41,231 bases of DNA from Armatimonadia bacterium (lineage in GTDB: Bacteria > Armatimonadota > Zipacnadia > Zipacnadales > UBA11051). The DNA is taken from assembly GCA_039683575.1 (NCBI GenBank), contig JBDKRC010000003.1, forward strand, positions 1 through 41,231, written 5' to 3'. The position numbers and the translations under genes are program-made. How positions within the stretch are numbered: position 1 is the stretch's first letter; each line of letters begins with the position of its first letter. The notes under the pieces are model-generated. The model searched no databases. It was given only the letters and a program-made list of their open reading frames with translations, and was not told the origin of the DNA. Shown here piece after piece: positions 1 to 9,119 of this stretch.

Positions 1-15
1 TCCTACCGGCGAGGC

Positions 16-1926
16 TTACGCCCCCTCCGGTCCGATCACCCGCGCAAACTGCTGGTGGTAGAGCGTCGCGTACAGCCCTCCTGCCGCCAGTAGCTCCGCA
101 TGGGTGCCGCTTTGCACCACCCGCCCCTTATCCAGCACGATGATCTTGTCCGCGTTCAGGATCGTGGACAGCCTGTGGGCGATGATCAGCGACGTCCGGC
201 CCTGCAGCAGCTTCTCCAGCGCCTCCTGGATCAGGTACTCGCTGGTCGCGTCCAGGCTGCTGGTGGCCTCATCGAGCAGCAGCAGCCTGGGGTTCTTCAG
301 GAGCGCCCGCGCAATCGCCAGACGCTGCTTCTCGCCGCCCGACAGTCGGAAGCCACGCTCGCCCACAATAGTCTCATACCCGTCCGGCAGTTCGCTGATG
401 AAGGCGTGGATGTTGGCCGCGACGGCCGCCGCGACGACCTCATCCTTCGTCGCCTCGGGGCGCGCGTACAGCAGGTTGTCACGAATGCTGGCATGGAACA
501 GGAACGTGTCCTGCGTAACCGCCGCAATATGCTCGCGCAGGCTGTCCTGGCTCACCTCCCGCAGGTCACGGCCATCAATGGTGATCCGCCCCTCGGTCGG
601 GTCATAGAAGCGTGGCAAGAGGTACGTGATCGTGGTCTTCCCCGCCCCGCTTGGCCCCACCAGCGCCACCCGCTGACCCGGCATGATCTCACAGCTGACA
701 TCCTTCATCGCCCGCCGGTCCTCCGGCTCAGGCGCAGCCTCCTCTTCGTCCGCCTGCTTGGCCGGCCTGATGGCGCGGGGATACTCAAAGCTCACGTGCT
801 CAAAGCGGATATGCCCGCGCATGTCCCCCAGGTCCGACGCCGCCGGCGCATCCTCCACGTCTGGCGCACGGTCGAGATACTCATAGATGCGGTCAAACAC
901 CGCCAGCGCGCCCTGGATGTTCACATACACCTGCGCGAGCTGACCGATTGGCCGGTACAGGTTAGCCAGGTACGCCACAAACGCGATGATCGTGCCCACG
1001 CTAAGCACGCCCTGGATGGCTCGCAGGCCTCCATAGCAGTACACCGCCGCCGGGCCGATCACGCTGAACACTGCCAGACACAGAAACAGCCACCGCCCCG
1101 CCATGGCCTGCTTGACGCTGAGGTCCATGACCTCGCGGTTGCGCTCCGCGAAGATATCGGCATCCGCCGACGTCTGCCCAAACAGCTTCGTCAGCAGGAT
1201 CCCGCCGATATTCAGCCGCTCCTCCATGAAGGCCACCAGTTCCGCCTGGTGCTCCTGGGTGAGCTGCGACAATCGCCGCCGGATGCGGCCCACATACCGT
1301 GTCGGGAGATAGAACGTCGGCACCACGATAATGGACAGCAGCGCCAGATAGGGGTCCATCCTGAAGATGAAGAACAAGGTCACAGCCAGCGTGATGATGT
1401 TGCTGGCGATGGACACGACCGTCCCGGTCGCCACCTCCTGCACCGCCGCCACGTCGTTGTTCAGCCGCGAGACGATCTCTCCGGCGCGCGTGACCGTATA
1501 GAACCCCAGCGACTGCCGCTGCAGGTGCTGATAGAGCGAATTGCGCAGGTCATACATGATCCGCTGGCCAACCCGCATCGCCAGATAGTTCTGCAGCAGC
1601 CCGATGAGGTTGGTGGTTACTGCCAGACCCACGATGGCTCCTGCGAGCCAGTACAGCAGCGGCACGTCCTTGTGGGGGATTGCCTGGTCCAGGATCGCCC
1701 GCACCACCTGCGGGGAGAGCGCCGTCAGGTATGCCGACGCGGCAATACAGACAAAAATGACGGCCCACTGCCACTTGTACGGCTTGAAATGCTGCAGCAC
1801 CCGCTTGACCAGCGCCCGCGTGATCTGCACGGTCGGCCTCTCGGCAACGCCGAACTCCCGCTGCAGCCCGAAGGTGCGGTTCATTCCCCCCAATGACTTG
1901 AAGCCCCCTACTCCGAAACCTCGCAT
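16..1926 (-). CDS. ABC transporter, fused permease/ATP-binding (MsbA/MdlB-like exporter)
   Basis: N-terminal TM domain; Walker A GPSGAGKT, signature LSGGEKQR, Walker B LLLLDEAT, IAHRLST. Start trimmed to MRGFG (alternative ATG at 1884) because the upstream extension runs through a REP. Confidence 0.93.
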   Translation of the reverse strand: MRGFGVGGFKSLGGMNRTFGLQREFGVAERPTVQITRALVKRVLQHFKPYKWQWAVIFVCIAASAYLTALSPQVVRAILDQAIPHKDVPLLYWLAGAIVGLAVTTNLIGLLQNYLAMRVGQRIMYDLRNSLYQHLQRQSLGFYTVTRAGEIVSRLNNDVAAVQEVATGTVVSIASNIITLAVTLFFIFRMDPYLALLSIIVVPTFYLPTRYVGRIRRRLSQLTQEHQAELVAFMEERLNIGGILLTKLFGQTSADADIFAERNREVMDLSVKQAMAGRWLFLCLAVFSVIGPAAVYCYGGLRAIQGVLSVGTIIAFVAYLANLYRPIGQLAQVYVNIQGALAVFDRIYEYLDRAPDVEDAPAASDLGDMRGHIRFEHVSFEYPRAIRPAKQADEEEAAPEPEDRRAMKDVSCEIMPGQRVALVGPSGAGKTTITYLLPRFYDPTEGRITIDGRDLREVSQDSLREHIAAVTQDTFLFHASIRDNLLYARPEATKDEVVAAAVAANIHAFISELPDGYETIVGERGFRLSGGEKQRLAIARALLKNPRLLLLDEATSSLDATSEYLIQEALEKLLQGRTSLIIAHRLSTILNADKIIVLDKGRVVQSGTHAELLAAGGLYATLYHQQFARVIGPEGA

Positions 1927-1958
1927 AAATGTCTGCTTCCTTACATCCCAATCTTCTT

Positions 1959-2028
1959 CGCGTGGTAGGCACACTCCGTGTGCCGGAACTCCTGTGCTAG
2001 GTGGATCCGGCACCCGGAATGTGCCTAC
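1959..2028. repeat. GTAG-type REP pair (inverted)
   Basis: gtaggcacactccgtgtgccgga ... tccggcacccggaatgtgcctac; 1959-1987 is the exact reverse complement of 4630-4658. Confidence 0.8.
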
Positions 2029-2038
2029 GACGCGTTTC

Positions 2039-3511
2039 TCAGTTCCCCGTTCCCTTCCGCAAACTCTCGTGCGGCCCCACCGGAACCAACCCTACCGGGG
2101 GATACGCGTTGTCGATCGTGTCCTCTGTATCGTGGACATATTCCCACAGCCGCGCCAGCAACTGCCGCCTGACCTTCTCCAGCTTGGGCTCATCAATGAT
2201 ATTATGCATCTCCCACGGGTCTTCTTCCAGGTCATAGAGCTCATCGAAGTCGAAGCCGTTGAAGATGTACTTATACCGCCCCATCCGCATGATCCGCTGG
2301 CTGTAGTACAACTCCACGCCGTTCATCTGCGTGAACAGCTCCTGCCGCTGGCCATCAGCCTCCTGCCCCGTCAGCAACGGTAGCAGGCTCGTGGCATCAG
2401 TCTCGGGCAAGGCCTCAGCCCCGCCCATCTCCAGAATCGTCGGGCACAGGTCCAGAATCCGCGCTATCGACCCGATCTCCCGCCCCGGCTCCGCAATCCC
2501 TTGCGGCCATCGCATCAGAAGCGGTATGTGGTACGATCCCTCGTAAGGCGCCACGCCCTTGAGGAAGAGCCCGTGCTCGCCCAGCAGGTCCCCGTGGTCG
2601 CTCGTGCGGATGACCAGCGTGTTATCCGCCTGCCCGGTTTCCTCAAGCGCCTGCAGCACCATCCCCATGAACTCGTCCATCATGGCGCACAGGGCCCAGA
2701 AGCGGCTGATCGAGAGCCTGATCTGGTCCTCGTCAAGCTGGTCCCACAGCATCCGGCGCTGGCGCGTGTACACCCGCGGCCTGTCGCTCATGTCATCGCG
2801 GAAGTTCGGCGGCAGCGGCACTGTCGCCGGGTCTATCAGGTCTGCATAGTCCTCCGGCACCACGTACGGGTCATGCGGCGTCACCCAGCCCAGGTACGTG
2901 CACCACGGCCGCCCCTCTTCGGCCAGGCGGTGGATCATGTCCACCGTATCCTTCGTCTGGCGGTACTCCAGCGTCTCACGGGAAGTCCTGGGCGCGACCC
3001 CCGACAGCAGCGAATCCGGCCACCCATCACGCGGCACCCAGACACAGTCGTGCAATCCGCCCTTGGTCTCTGCGTCCCGCGGCCCCGGCGGCGGCCCCTC
3101 CCAAGTCACCCGCCCATGCGTACCCGTCGCGGTGACCTGCCCAAACTCCTCCCAGCCCCGGTCCTTCGGGTCCTCCTCGGCGCTGACGTGCCACTTGCCG
3201 GTATATCGCATGACATATCCGGCCTCCGCCAGGTTCTCTGACCACGTCCGCACACCCGGATAGAGCCCCCGGTGCAGAGCGGTCGGATTGCTGACATTGT
3301 TGAAGACGCCATGGCGGCTAGGGTACATTCCCGTCATGAAGCTGGCCCGCGAGGGGCAGCAGTGCGTACAGACCGTATAGGCGCCTGTGAAGCGCACTCC
3401 CTCCTCCGCCAGCCGCGTGGCATTCGGCGTAGGACAAGGATGCGCCGGATCAAGCACCTCCGCCCGCTCGTGATCAGACATGATGATGAGGATGTTCGGT
3501 CTATCGGGCAT
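2039..3511 (-). CDS. Sulfatase (formylglycine-dependent, choline-sulfatase-like)
   Basis: PNILIIMSD, CxPxR motif (CCPSRAS), GKWH, PHDP, TSDHGD, ELYDLEEDPWE. Confidence 0.92.
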   Translation of the reverse strand: MPDRPNILIIMSDHERAEVLDPAHPCPTPNATRLAEEGVRFTGAYTVCTHCCPSRASFMTGMYPSRHGVFNNVSNPTALHRGLYPGVRTWSENLAEAGYVMRYTGKWHVSAEEDPKDRGWEEFGQVTATGTHGRVTWEGPPPGPRDAETKGGLHDCVWVPRDGWPDSLLSGVAPRTSRETLEYRQTKDTVDMIHRLAEEGRPWCTYLGWVTPHDPYVVPEDYADLIDPATVPLPPNFRDDMSDRPRVYTRQRRMLWDQLDEDQIRLSISRFWALCAMMDEFMGMVLQALEETGQADNTLVIRTSDHGDLLGEHGLFLKGVAPYEGSYHIPLLMRWPQGIAEPGREIGSIARILDLCPTILEMGGAEALPETDATSLLPLLTGQEADGQRQELFTQMNGVELYYSQRIMRMGRYKYIFNGFDFDELYDLEEDPWEMHNIIDEPKLEKVRRQLLARLWEYVHDTEDTIDNAYPPVGLVPVGPHESLRKGTGN

Positions 3512-3552
3512 CGGTGTACCTCAGTAATCCGCAAGCGCTCTGGCCGTTTCCG

Positions 3553-3631
3553 CTGTAGGGCGGGGGCTTGTACCCCGCCGCTCGGGCTATCACAGATAAC
3601 GGCCGGCGGGGTACAAGCCCCCGCCCTACAG
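3553..3631. repeat. GTAG-type REP doublet, perfect 28-bp inverted repeat
   Basis: ctgtagggcgggggcttgtaccccgccg (3553-3580) and its exact reverse complement (3604-3631). Confidence 0.85.
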
Positions 3632-3734
3632 ACACCTCACCGCCCAAAGAAGGAACTCTATCACCGCACAGCGAACCTTCTCGCCGCCCCTTCTGAGGGC
3701 AGCAAGCGAACTAGACAGGTGGTGCGGCGTCTCC

Positions 3735-4433
3735 ATGTCCATGAATACTTACGGCAAAACGTGGCTCTGCAGCGTGATGCTGCTGTTGGCGGCCTTTGCG
3801 CTTGGCGGCTGTCCGAAGCCGCAGCCCCCGCCGCCGGTCGTGGACCAGGCCTCGCCCGCGCCGCCACCCCCTGCCGCGCCGGCAGACACGACTGCGCGCG
3901 AGAACGCGCGCGAGGAGAGCAAACCAGTGCAAGGTGACAAGACGGTACTCGTGATCAAGACGGACAAGGGCGACATCACTGCCGAACTCTTCGACAAACA
4001 GACCCCCATCACAGCCGGCAACTTCCTGCTGCTGGCCGAGGAAGGCTTCTACAACGGCCTGACCTTCCACCGGGTAGTCCCCGGCTTCGTGATCCAGGGC
4101 GGCGACCCCGAGGGTACTGGCGCCGGCGGCCCCGGCTTCACCATCCCGGATGAGACCGGCAAGGGCTTCAAGCACGAGCGCGGCATCCTGTCCATGGCCA
4201 AGACCGCCGCCCCCGACAGCGCCGGCAGCCAGTTCTTCGTCATCATTGGCCCGCGCGAAGCCGTCAGCCACCTCGACCGTGACTTCTCGCCCTTCGGCAA
4301 GGTAACCGAGGGCATGGACGTAGCCGACAAGATCAGGCAGGGCGACAAGATCAACGAGATCGAGGTCAAGAGCGTCTCCCCCGACGCCGAGGCCGCCCGC
4401 AAAGCCGCCAAGGCCGCTCGCAAGACGAAGTGA
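3735..4433 (+). CDS. Cyclophilin-type peptidyl-prolyl cis-trans isomerase, lipoprotein
   Basis: Lipobox LGGC, Pro-rich linker, FYNGLTFHRVVPGFVIQGGDP, SMA...SAGSQFF. Confidence 0.93.
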   Translation: MSMNTYGKTWLCSVMLLLAAFALGGCPKPQPPPPVVDQASPAPPPPAAPADTTARENAREESKPVQGDKTVLVIKTDKGDITAELFDKQTPITAGNFLLLAEEGFYNGLTFHRVVPGFVIQGGDPEGTGAGGPGFTIPDETGKGFKHERGILSMAKTAAPDSAGSQFFVIIGPREAVSHLDRDFSPFGKVTEGMDVADKIRQGDKINEIEVKSVSPDAEAARKAAKAARKTK

Positions 4434-4470
4434 GCTCGTCATGCTGAGGAGCGGCGGTGAGCCCGCCTCT

Positions 4471-4591
4471 TGTCATGCTGAGGAGCGCCGTTTGCGACGA
4501 AGCATCTCCGCCGCTTACGCTACATCGAAAGCCCATACGAAGCATCTCGCGTCATTCCGGCGCGAGATGCTTCGCTTCGCTCAGCATGACA
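4471..4591. repeat. TGTCAT-family REP-like inverted repeat
   Basis: tgtcatgctgag...gaagcatctc / gagatgcttcgcttcgctcagcatgaca; a partial extra left arm lies near 4437. Confidence 0.85.
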
Positions 4592-4629
4592 GGGTTTCAG
4601 TCGCAACCGGAACATGTCTCGCAGTTGAG

Positions 4630-4658
4630 TCCGGCACACGGAGTGTGCCTACCACGCG
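4630..4658. repeat. GTAG-type REP single copy
   Basis: Exact 29-nt reverse complement of 1959-1987. Confidence 0.75.
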
Positions 4659-4662
4659 GCGA

Positions 4663-5994
4663 CTATCCGCACCCCTCCGCATGGCCCTCCAGCGCCTTAT
4701 ACGTCGAGTACGGGCACCCCTGCGTCATCGTCAGCTTCCCTCCGGGGGGCGCCACCGGGCTGCAGCCGCACAAGAACGCCCGCGGGTCCTGCCCTAGTTC
4801 ATCCTTCAACTCATCCCACATCTCCCGCGACTCGGTGCTGAGGAAGAGCTTCACATCCTGGTTCCACCGCCGCGCCTCGCGGATCAGGTGCTGGTAGATC
4901 TCCTTGCGCACGTGGTGCGGGAAGGGCGCAACCACATTCCCCTCCATCTCCTCCGCCGCGTCCTGCGCCGCCTTCACAAACTCAGGATCAAGCATCTCGA
5001 GCCCATCCAGCCGCTGCCCCACTGCCTCCAGCGACATCCACATGATCACACCAAACCCCAGCGACTCGGGCTGTGAGACCTGCAGCGCGTACTCGATGGC
5101 CCTCGCATACTCCTCCCGCCAATTCCGGATCGGGATGGTCGGCTTGAACTTGTACCGCACCGACACTCCCATGTCGTTGAGCTTCTTACCCGCGTCAAAC
5201 CGGTCAAAGGCGTGCCCGGTTCCCTTCTCGATGTCCCGCGCGATGGTCTCGGTTGTTATGCTGAAGATGCCGATGAGCCGCTCGCGGTTGGGCAGGTCCG
5301 CGATCCAGTCCACATTTGCCCCCGCCGAGTGGAAGTACCCGTAGCGGTCATGCTCCGCCAGCTTTTTCAGGAACAGTTCGAAGGTGCCGTGCTCTGGCTC
5401 CAGCGTGATCTCATCGCCGCTCCAGCCGATCATGCGGAAGCACTTCTGCCAGGGGAACTGCGCGATGGTCCGGGGTACGACGACATCCATGTATTCCTCG
5501 AGATTCGTCGCGACGGTGATGTAGGCACCGCGCTTGCCGAACCCACAGTACCGGCACCCATGCGGGCAGCCGACCATCGTGCCGAAGTCCCACGTCGGCC
5601 AGCACACCCGGTTCTGCTGGTAGTCATTGGCGTACCTGTGGTACTCCTGGATCGGCTTGAAGTTGCCGAGGATGTGGTTGATGACCCCCTCCGGCACTCC
5701 CTCGCCAAGCCGCGCCATCACGTCATCTATCGGCTGCGGCTCCTCAGCCACCGACAGCTTGGTGAACAGCAGCGGCCGGAGATACCCCGCCGGAACGTCG
5801 TCCGGCTTCTCCGCCTCCGCCCAAAGCGTCACCAGCTCTCGCGCCACATCCCCCATGTTCCCGTCATTGATCCAGACTATCTTACCATCCGCCGGCGTAA
5901 CGGCCGCCAGCATCCGCTCCATCCGCCGCACCTGCCGTGGGTCATCCTGAACCGACTCGTGCGCATAGACCTTCAGCGGCCGCAGTGGGTACAT
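4663..5994 (-). CDS. Radical SAM protein, spore photoproduct lyase-like family
   Basis: CxxxCxxC (GCPHGCRYC); SplB-like elements (IEKGT..DRFDAGKKL, PTIPIRNW) and C-terminal CGC. The SplB-like subfamily call is inference. Confidence 0.75.
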   Translation of the reverse strand: MYPLRPLKVYAHESVQDDPRQVRRMERMLAAVTPADGKIVWINDGNMGDVARELVTLWAEAEKPDDVPAGYLRPLLFTKLSVAEEPQPIDDVMARLGEGVPEGVINHILGNFKPIQEYHRYANDYQQNRVCWPTWDFGTMVGCPHGCRYCGFGKRGAYITVATNLEEYMDVVVPRTIAQFPWQKCFRMIGWSGDEITLEPEHGTFELFLKKLAEHDRYGYFHSAGANVDWIADLPNRERLIGIFSITTETIARDIEKGTGHAFDRFDAGKKLNDMGVSVRYKFKPTIPIRNWREEYARAIEYALQVSQPESLGFGVIMWMSLEAVGQRLDGLEMLDPEFVKAAQDAAEEMEGNVVAPFPHHVRKEIYQHLIREARRWNQDVKLFLSTESREMWDELKDELGQDPRAFLCGCSPVAPPGGKLTMTQGCPYSTYKALEGHAEGCG

Positions 5995-6068
5995 AGAAAC
6001 CTCTTTCCTCGTGCTTTACGCTTCACGCTGTGCGTCATGCCTGACGGCACCCATAGCCACCCACATAT

Positions 6069-6145
6069 TGTCATTCTGAGCGAAGCGAAGAATCTCTCCC
6101 GCTTCCGCACGCACGCGGAGATTCTTCGCTTCGCTCAGAATGACA
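6069..6145. repeat. TGTCAT-family REP-like perfect inverted repeat
   Basis: tgtcattctgagcgaagcgaagaatctc / gagattcttcgcttcgctcagaatgaca. Confidence 0.88.
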
Positions 6146-6174
6146 GTCCTTTACCGCCATACCCGTTCCCGCCG

Positions 6175-7116
6175 TCAAAAATGTATCTTCCCAATCTTCA
6201 GCCGCCCGCCTCTGAACAGGTTCACCATCAACACCGCCGTCGCGATCGAGTATAGCTTCGCCTCGGCGCTGTCTGCCCGTGAGGTCAACACCACCGGCGC
6301 CGCCGCCCCGACCAGCACTCCCGCGCTCTTTCCGCCGCACAGGAATGCGAAGGACTTGCTGAGGATGTTCCCCGACTCGATGTCCGGGCACACCAGAATG
6401 TCGCAGTCGCCCGCCACCTCGCCACTGATCTTCTTCACTTTCGCCGCATGCGGGTCTATGGCATTGTCCAGCGCGAAGGGCCCATCCACGATACAGTTCG
6501 GGAACTGTCCCCGACGCGCCATGGCCCCCAGCGCCCCTGCCTCCAGCGTCACCGGCATCTTCGGATCAACAAGCTCCACCGCCGCCAGCACGCCCACTTT
6601 TGGGCACTCGATCCCGAAGCAGTTCGCCAGGAACACCGCGTTCATGATGATGTCGGCCTTGGTCACGAGGTCGGGCGCGATATTCATTGCCCCATCGGTG
6701 ACGAAGGTGAACTTGCCGCGAAAGCCAGTCTCCAGGATGAAGACATGGCTCATGATGCTGCCGGTCCGCAGGCCCTGCTCCTTATTCAGAAGCGCGCGCA
6801 GGAAGTCGTCGGTATGGATCTGCCCCTTCATCAGGATATCCGCGCGTCCCTCTCGCACCGCCAGCACCGCCTGCGCCGCCGCCGCGAGGTCATTGGGCTG
6901 GTCCACGACGTCCGCCTGTGACAGGTCCAGCCCCACCTCCGCCGCCTGCGCCTCAATCTCCCGCGCCTTGCCAAAGAGCAGCGGCCGGGCGATATCCGCT
7001 GCCAGCGCATCCCTGACCGACTCCAGCACGCTCGCCTGCTCGGCCACAGCGACCGCAAGGGTCCGCACGGGGTGCTCTTTGGTGTGTTCCAGTACCTGCT
7101 CAAAGGTCGTGATCAT
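6175..7116 (-). CDS. ptb: Phosphate butyryl/acetyltransferase (PTA_PTB family)
   Basis: ADILMKG, TDGAMNIAP, VDGPFALDNAI, PDIESGNIL, PVVLTSRADS; ATG overlaps the upstream stop (TGATG). Confidence 0.88.
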   Translation of the reverse strand: MITTFEQVLEHTKEHPVRTLAVAVAEQASVLESVRDALAADIARPLLFGKAREIEAQAAEVGLDLSQADVVDQPNDLAAAAQAVLAVREGRADILMKGQIHTDDFLRALLNKEQGLRTGSIMSHVFILETGFRGKFTFVTDGAMNIAPDLVTKADIIMNAVFLANCFGIECPKVGVLAAVELVDPKMPVTLEAGALGAMARRGQFPNCIVDGPFALDNAIDPHAAKVKKISGEVAGDCDILVCPDIESGNILSKSFAFLCGGKSAGVLVGAAAPVVLTSRADSAEAKLYSIATAVLMVNLFRGGRLKIGKIHF

Positions 7117-7916
7117 CAACGCCTCCCTGCGTATTCGCCCTCCGCCAGCGGCGGCCCGTCACCCATCTTCACCCGCACCTGCCACGGCCACCTCTCACCT
7201 CGGACCCCAAACCACTTCACAACGTCCCCCACATACTTCTGCGCCTGTGCCTTGCTGAGGTCCTTGCCTGGTATCAGGTGCATCGTCCGCAGCGGCACAC
7301 ACGGCGGCGTCTCGCTGAAGATCGTGCCCTCAAAGCTGGTGCTCAGGTCCGCCCTCAGCGCCTCTACCACCACCTGCGCCCGCAAGCGCATCGCCAGCAC
7401 CCGGTCAACCGTCACGTAGCCATACACGCCCATCACTACAAGCAGCGCCATCAGCGCGGCCATGGCCCACTTCAAAAGCCCCAGCCTCTGCCGTCGCGCC
7501 TTTAGCAGCCTGTACCGCGCCACCCACCGCTCCGGATCAGCCGCCTGCCGCCGGAGTCTCGCCCGCAGCACCTCCACCGCCGCAGACGGCGCATCAAGCG
7601 CCGCTGGATTGGCGTAGGCCATCAACAGGATGGGCAGCAGCAGCACGAACGCTCCCAGAACCACACCACTCAGGGGCGCCAGTGCATACACGATCATCGC
7701 ATACATCAATGCCAGCGACGCCAGCGGCGCCCAGATGAACCACCGGTTTCGCGCCCCCTGCAGTAACTCCGCCTTCTCCGGCACGTCATCCGGGAGGGTC
7801 GCGATGAAGCGTTCAGAAACCCACGCCGCCAGCCACACTATCGCCACAAACTCGACCAGTACCGGGATGACCTGCAGAAAAGTCCTATTGATCTCGTTCA
7901 GAAATGCTGACGGCAT
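7116..7916 (-). CDS. Hypothetical membrane protein (~4 TM segments plus C-terminal soluble domain)
   Basis: 266-aa ORF with hydrophobic segments, translationally coupled at both ends. Confidence 0.75.
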   Translation of the reverse strand: MPSAFLNEINRTFLQVIPVLVEFVAIVWLAAWVSERFIATLPDDVPEKAELLQGARNRWFIWAPLASLALMYAMIVYALAPLSGVVLGAFVLLLPILLMAYANPAALDAPSAAVEVLRARLRRQAADPERWVARYRLLKARRQRLGLLKWAMAALMALLVVMGVYGYVTVDRVLAMRLRAQVVVEALRADLSTSFEGTIFSETPPCVPLRTMHLIPGKDLSKAQAQKYVGDVVKWFGVRGERWPWQVRVKMGDGPPLAEGEYAGRR

Positions 7917-8075
7917 CTACGCTCTCTTGAACAGTCGAATGATGGCCCCAACCAGCTTCCCAATTCCGGTCACGATCCACGTGACCGCCATAGCAAAGGG
8001 TCAGCCATACTCAGCATGGTCAAGGCTGCACGACGGCCCCTCGGACTGTTGCTCTTTCTCTTCATGTTCGTCCAT
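7917..8075 (-). CDS. Small protein with in-frame UGA, candidate selenoprotein: MDEHEEKEQQSEGPSCSLDHAEYG(U)PFAMAVTWIVTGIGKLVGAIIRLFKRA
   Basis: RBS GGAG(TGGT) before the ATG at 8075; TGA at codon 25 (8001-8003); the frame stays open to a TAG abutting the next ATG; SECIS-like hairpin downstream of the TGA. Confidence 0.5.
7967..7987 (-). promoter_or_regulatory. Putative bacterial SECIS hairpin
   Basis: mRNA CGGUCACG-UGGAU-CGUGACCG: an 8-bp perfect stem starting 13 nt after the UGA, with a G-containing loop. Confidence 0.45.
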
Positions 8076-8141
8076 CGCTACCACTCCGCCACTTCTTATT
8101 CGGTTTCACGCAGCAGCGTGGGCGGCTCGCCCACGCCGGCT

Positions 8142-8981
8142 CTACCTCGCCCTCTTCCGCAGCCGCTCCACCACTTCTTCAATCACCCAGTCCGGTGTCG
8201 AAGCCCCCGCCGTCACCCCCACTTTCCCAACTCCCGCAAACCACTCCGCCTGCAACTCCTTCGCCGTCTCGATATGGTACGTCGCCGTCCCAGTCTCCGC
8301 GCAGATTTGCGCCAGCCGCGTCGTATTCGCGCTGTGCTTGCCGCCGATGACCAGCATCAGGTCCACCTCGCGCGCCACGGTCAGAGACGCCTCCTGCCGC
8401 TTAGTGGTTGCATCACAGATCGTGTTCGCGACGCACAACTCCGTCACCAGCGGCAGCAGGTCATGCACCAGCGCCTGCAGGCTGTCGAGCCGCTGCGTCG
8501 TCTGGCACACCACTGCAATCTTCTTCTGGAGCGTCAGGTTGGCCAGGTCAGCCGCCGACTCGACGATAATGGCTTCCTCGCCGGTATGCTCGGCGATCCC
8601 CCGCGCCTCCGGGTGATCCGGCTCCCCCAGGACCAGCACCTGGTAGCCCTCAGCCTGGTACCGCGCCGCCTCTCGCTGCGCCCGCGCCACAAACGGGCAC
8701 GTCGCATCCACCACCGTCACTCCCCGCTCCCGAAGCTCGCAGATGGTCGCCGGCCCCGTCCCATGCGTCCGCAGCATCACTACCTCGCCCTCGCGTACGT
8801 CCTCCACATTCTGCGCCGCCCGCAACCCCTCGCTCTCCAGCCGCGCCACGACTTCCTTGTTATGGATCAGCGGCCCAAGGGTCGCCCCGTTGCCATGCTG
8901 CGCAATCGTCTCCTCGGCCATCTTCATGGCCCGGCGCACCCCAAAGCAAAACCCGCCCTCGCTAACCAGCACTATTTCCAT
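8142..8981 (-). CDS. ispH: 4-hydroxy-3-methylbut-2-enyl diphosphate reductase
   Basis: GFCFGVRRA, LIHN, DATCPFV, CQTT, NTICDATTKRQ, SANT, TAGASTP. Confidence 0.96.
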   Translation of the reverse strand: MEIVLVSEGGFCFGVRRAMKMAEETIAQHGNGATLGPLIHNKEVVARLESEGLRAAQNVEDVREGEVVMLRTHGTGPATICELRERGVTVVDATCPFVARAQREAARYQAEGYQVLVLGEPDHPEARGIAEHTGEEAIIVESAADLANLTLQKKIAVVCQTTQRLDSLQALVHDLLPLVTELCVANTICDATTKRQEASLTVAREVDLMLVIGGKHSANTTRLAQICAETGTATYHIETAKELQAEWFAGVGKVGVTAGASTPDWVIEEVVERLRKRAR

Positions 8982-9018
8982 TATCTGCCTGTCCTTCTCG
9001 CGAATGTGTCCCCACCCA

Positions 9019-9090
9019 GTAGCGCGGGCGGCTCGCCCGCAGCCGTCCACCGTTGCCGTTGCCGTGTGGAGCGCGGGCATCCTTGCCCGC
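9019..9090. repeat. Two REP-like palindromes
   Basis: gtagcgcgggcggctcgcccgc and ggagcgcgggcatccttgcccgc; related copies at about 8116-8136, 10673-10785 and 23899-23924. Confidence 0.65.
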
Positions 9091-9119
9091 AGCCGTTATC
9101 ACCGAGCAACCATCATCCC

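Noticed and set aside
100-1896. Long plus-strand ORFs (598 aa here; also 13091-14404, 23652-24821, 39159-40526 and others)
   Set aside because: They are antisense shadows of well-supported minus-strand genes in high-GC DNA and carry no recognisable motifs.
3711-4442. 243-aa minus-strand ORF
   Set aside because: Antisense shadow of the cyclophilin gene.
7917-8075. Alternative genetic code (UGA = Trp/Gly) as the explanation of the in-frame UGA
   Set aside because: Many clear genes here end in TGA (for example the cyclophilin, kdsA and coaX), so UGA is a normal stop in this genome.
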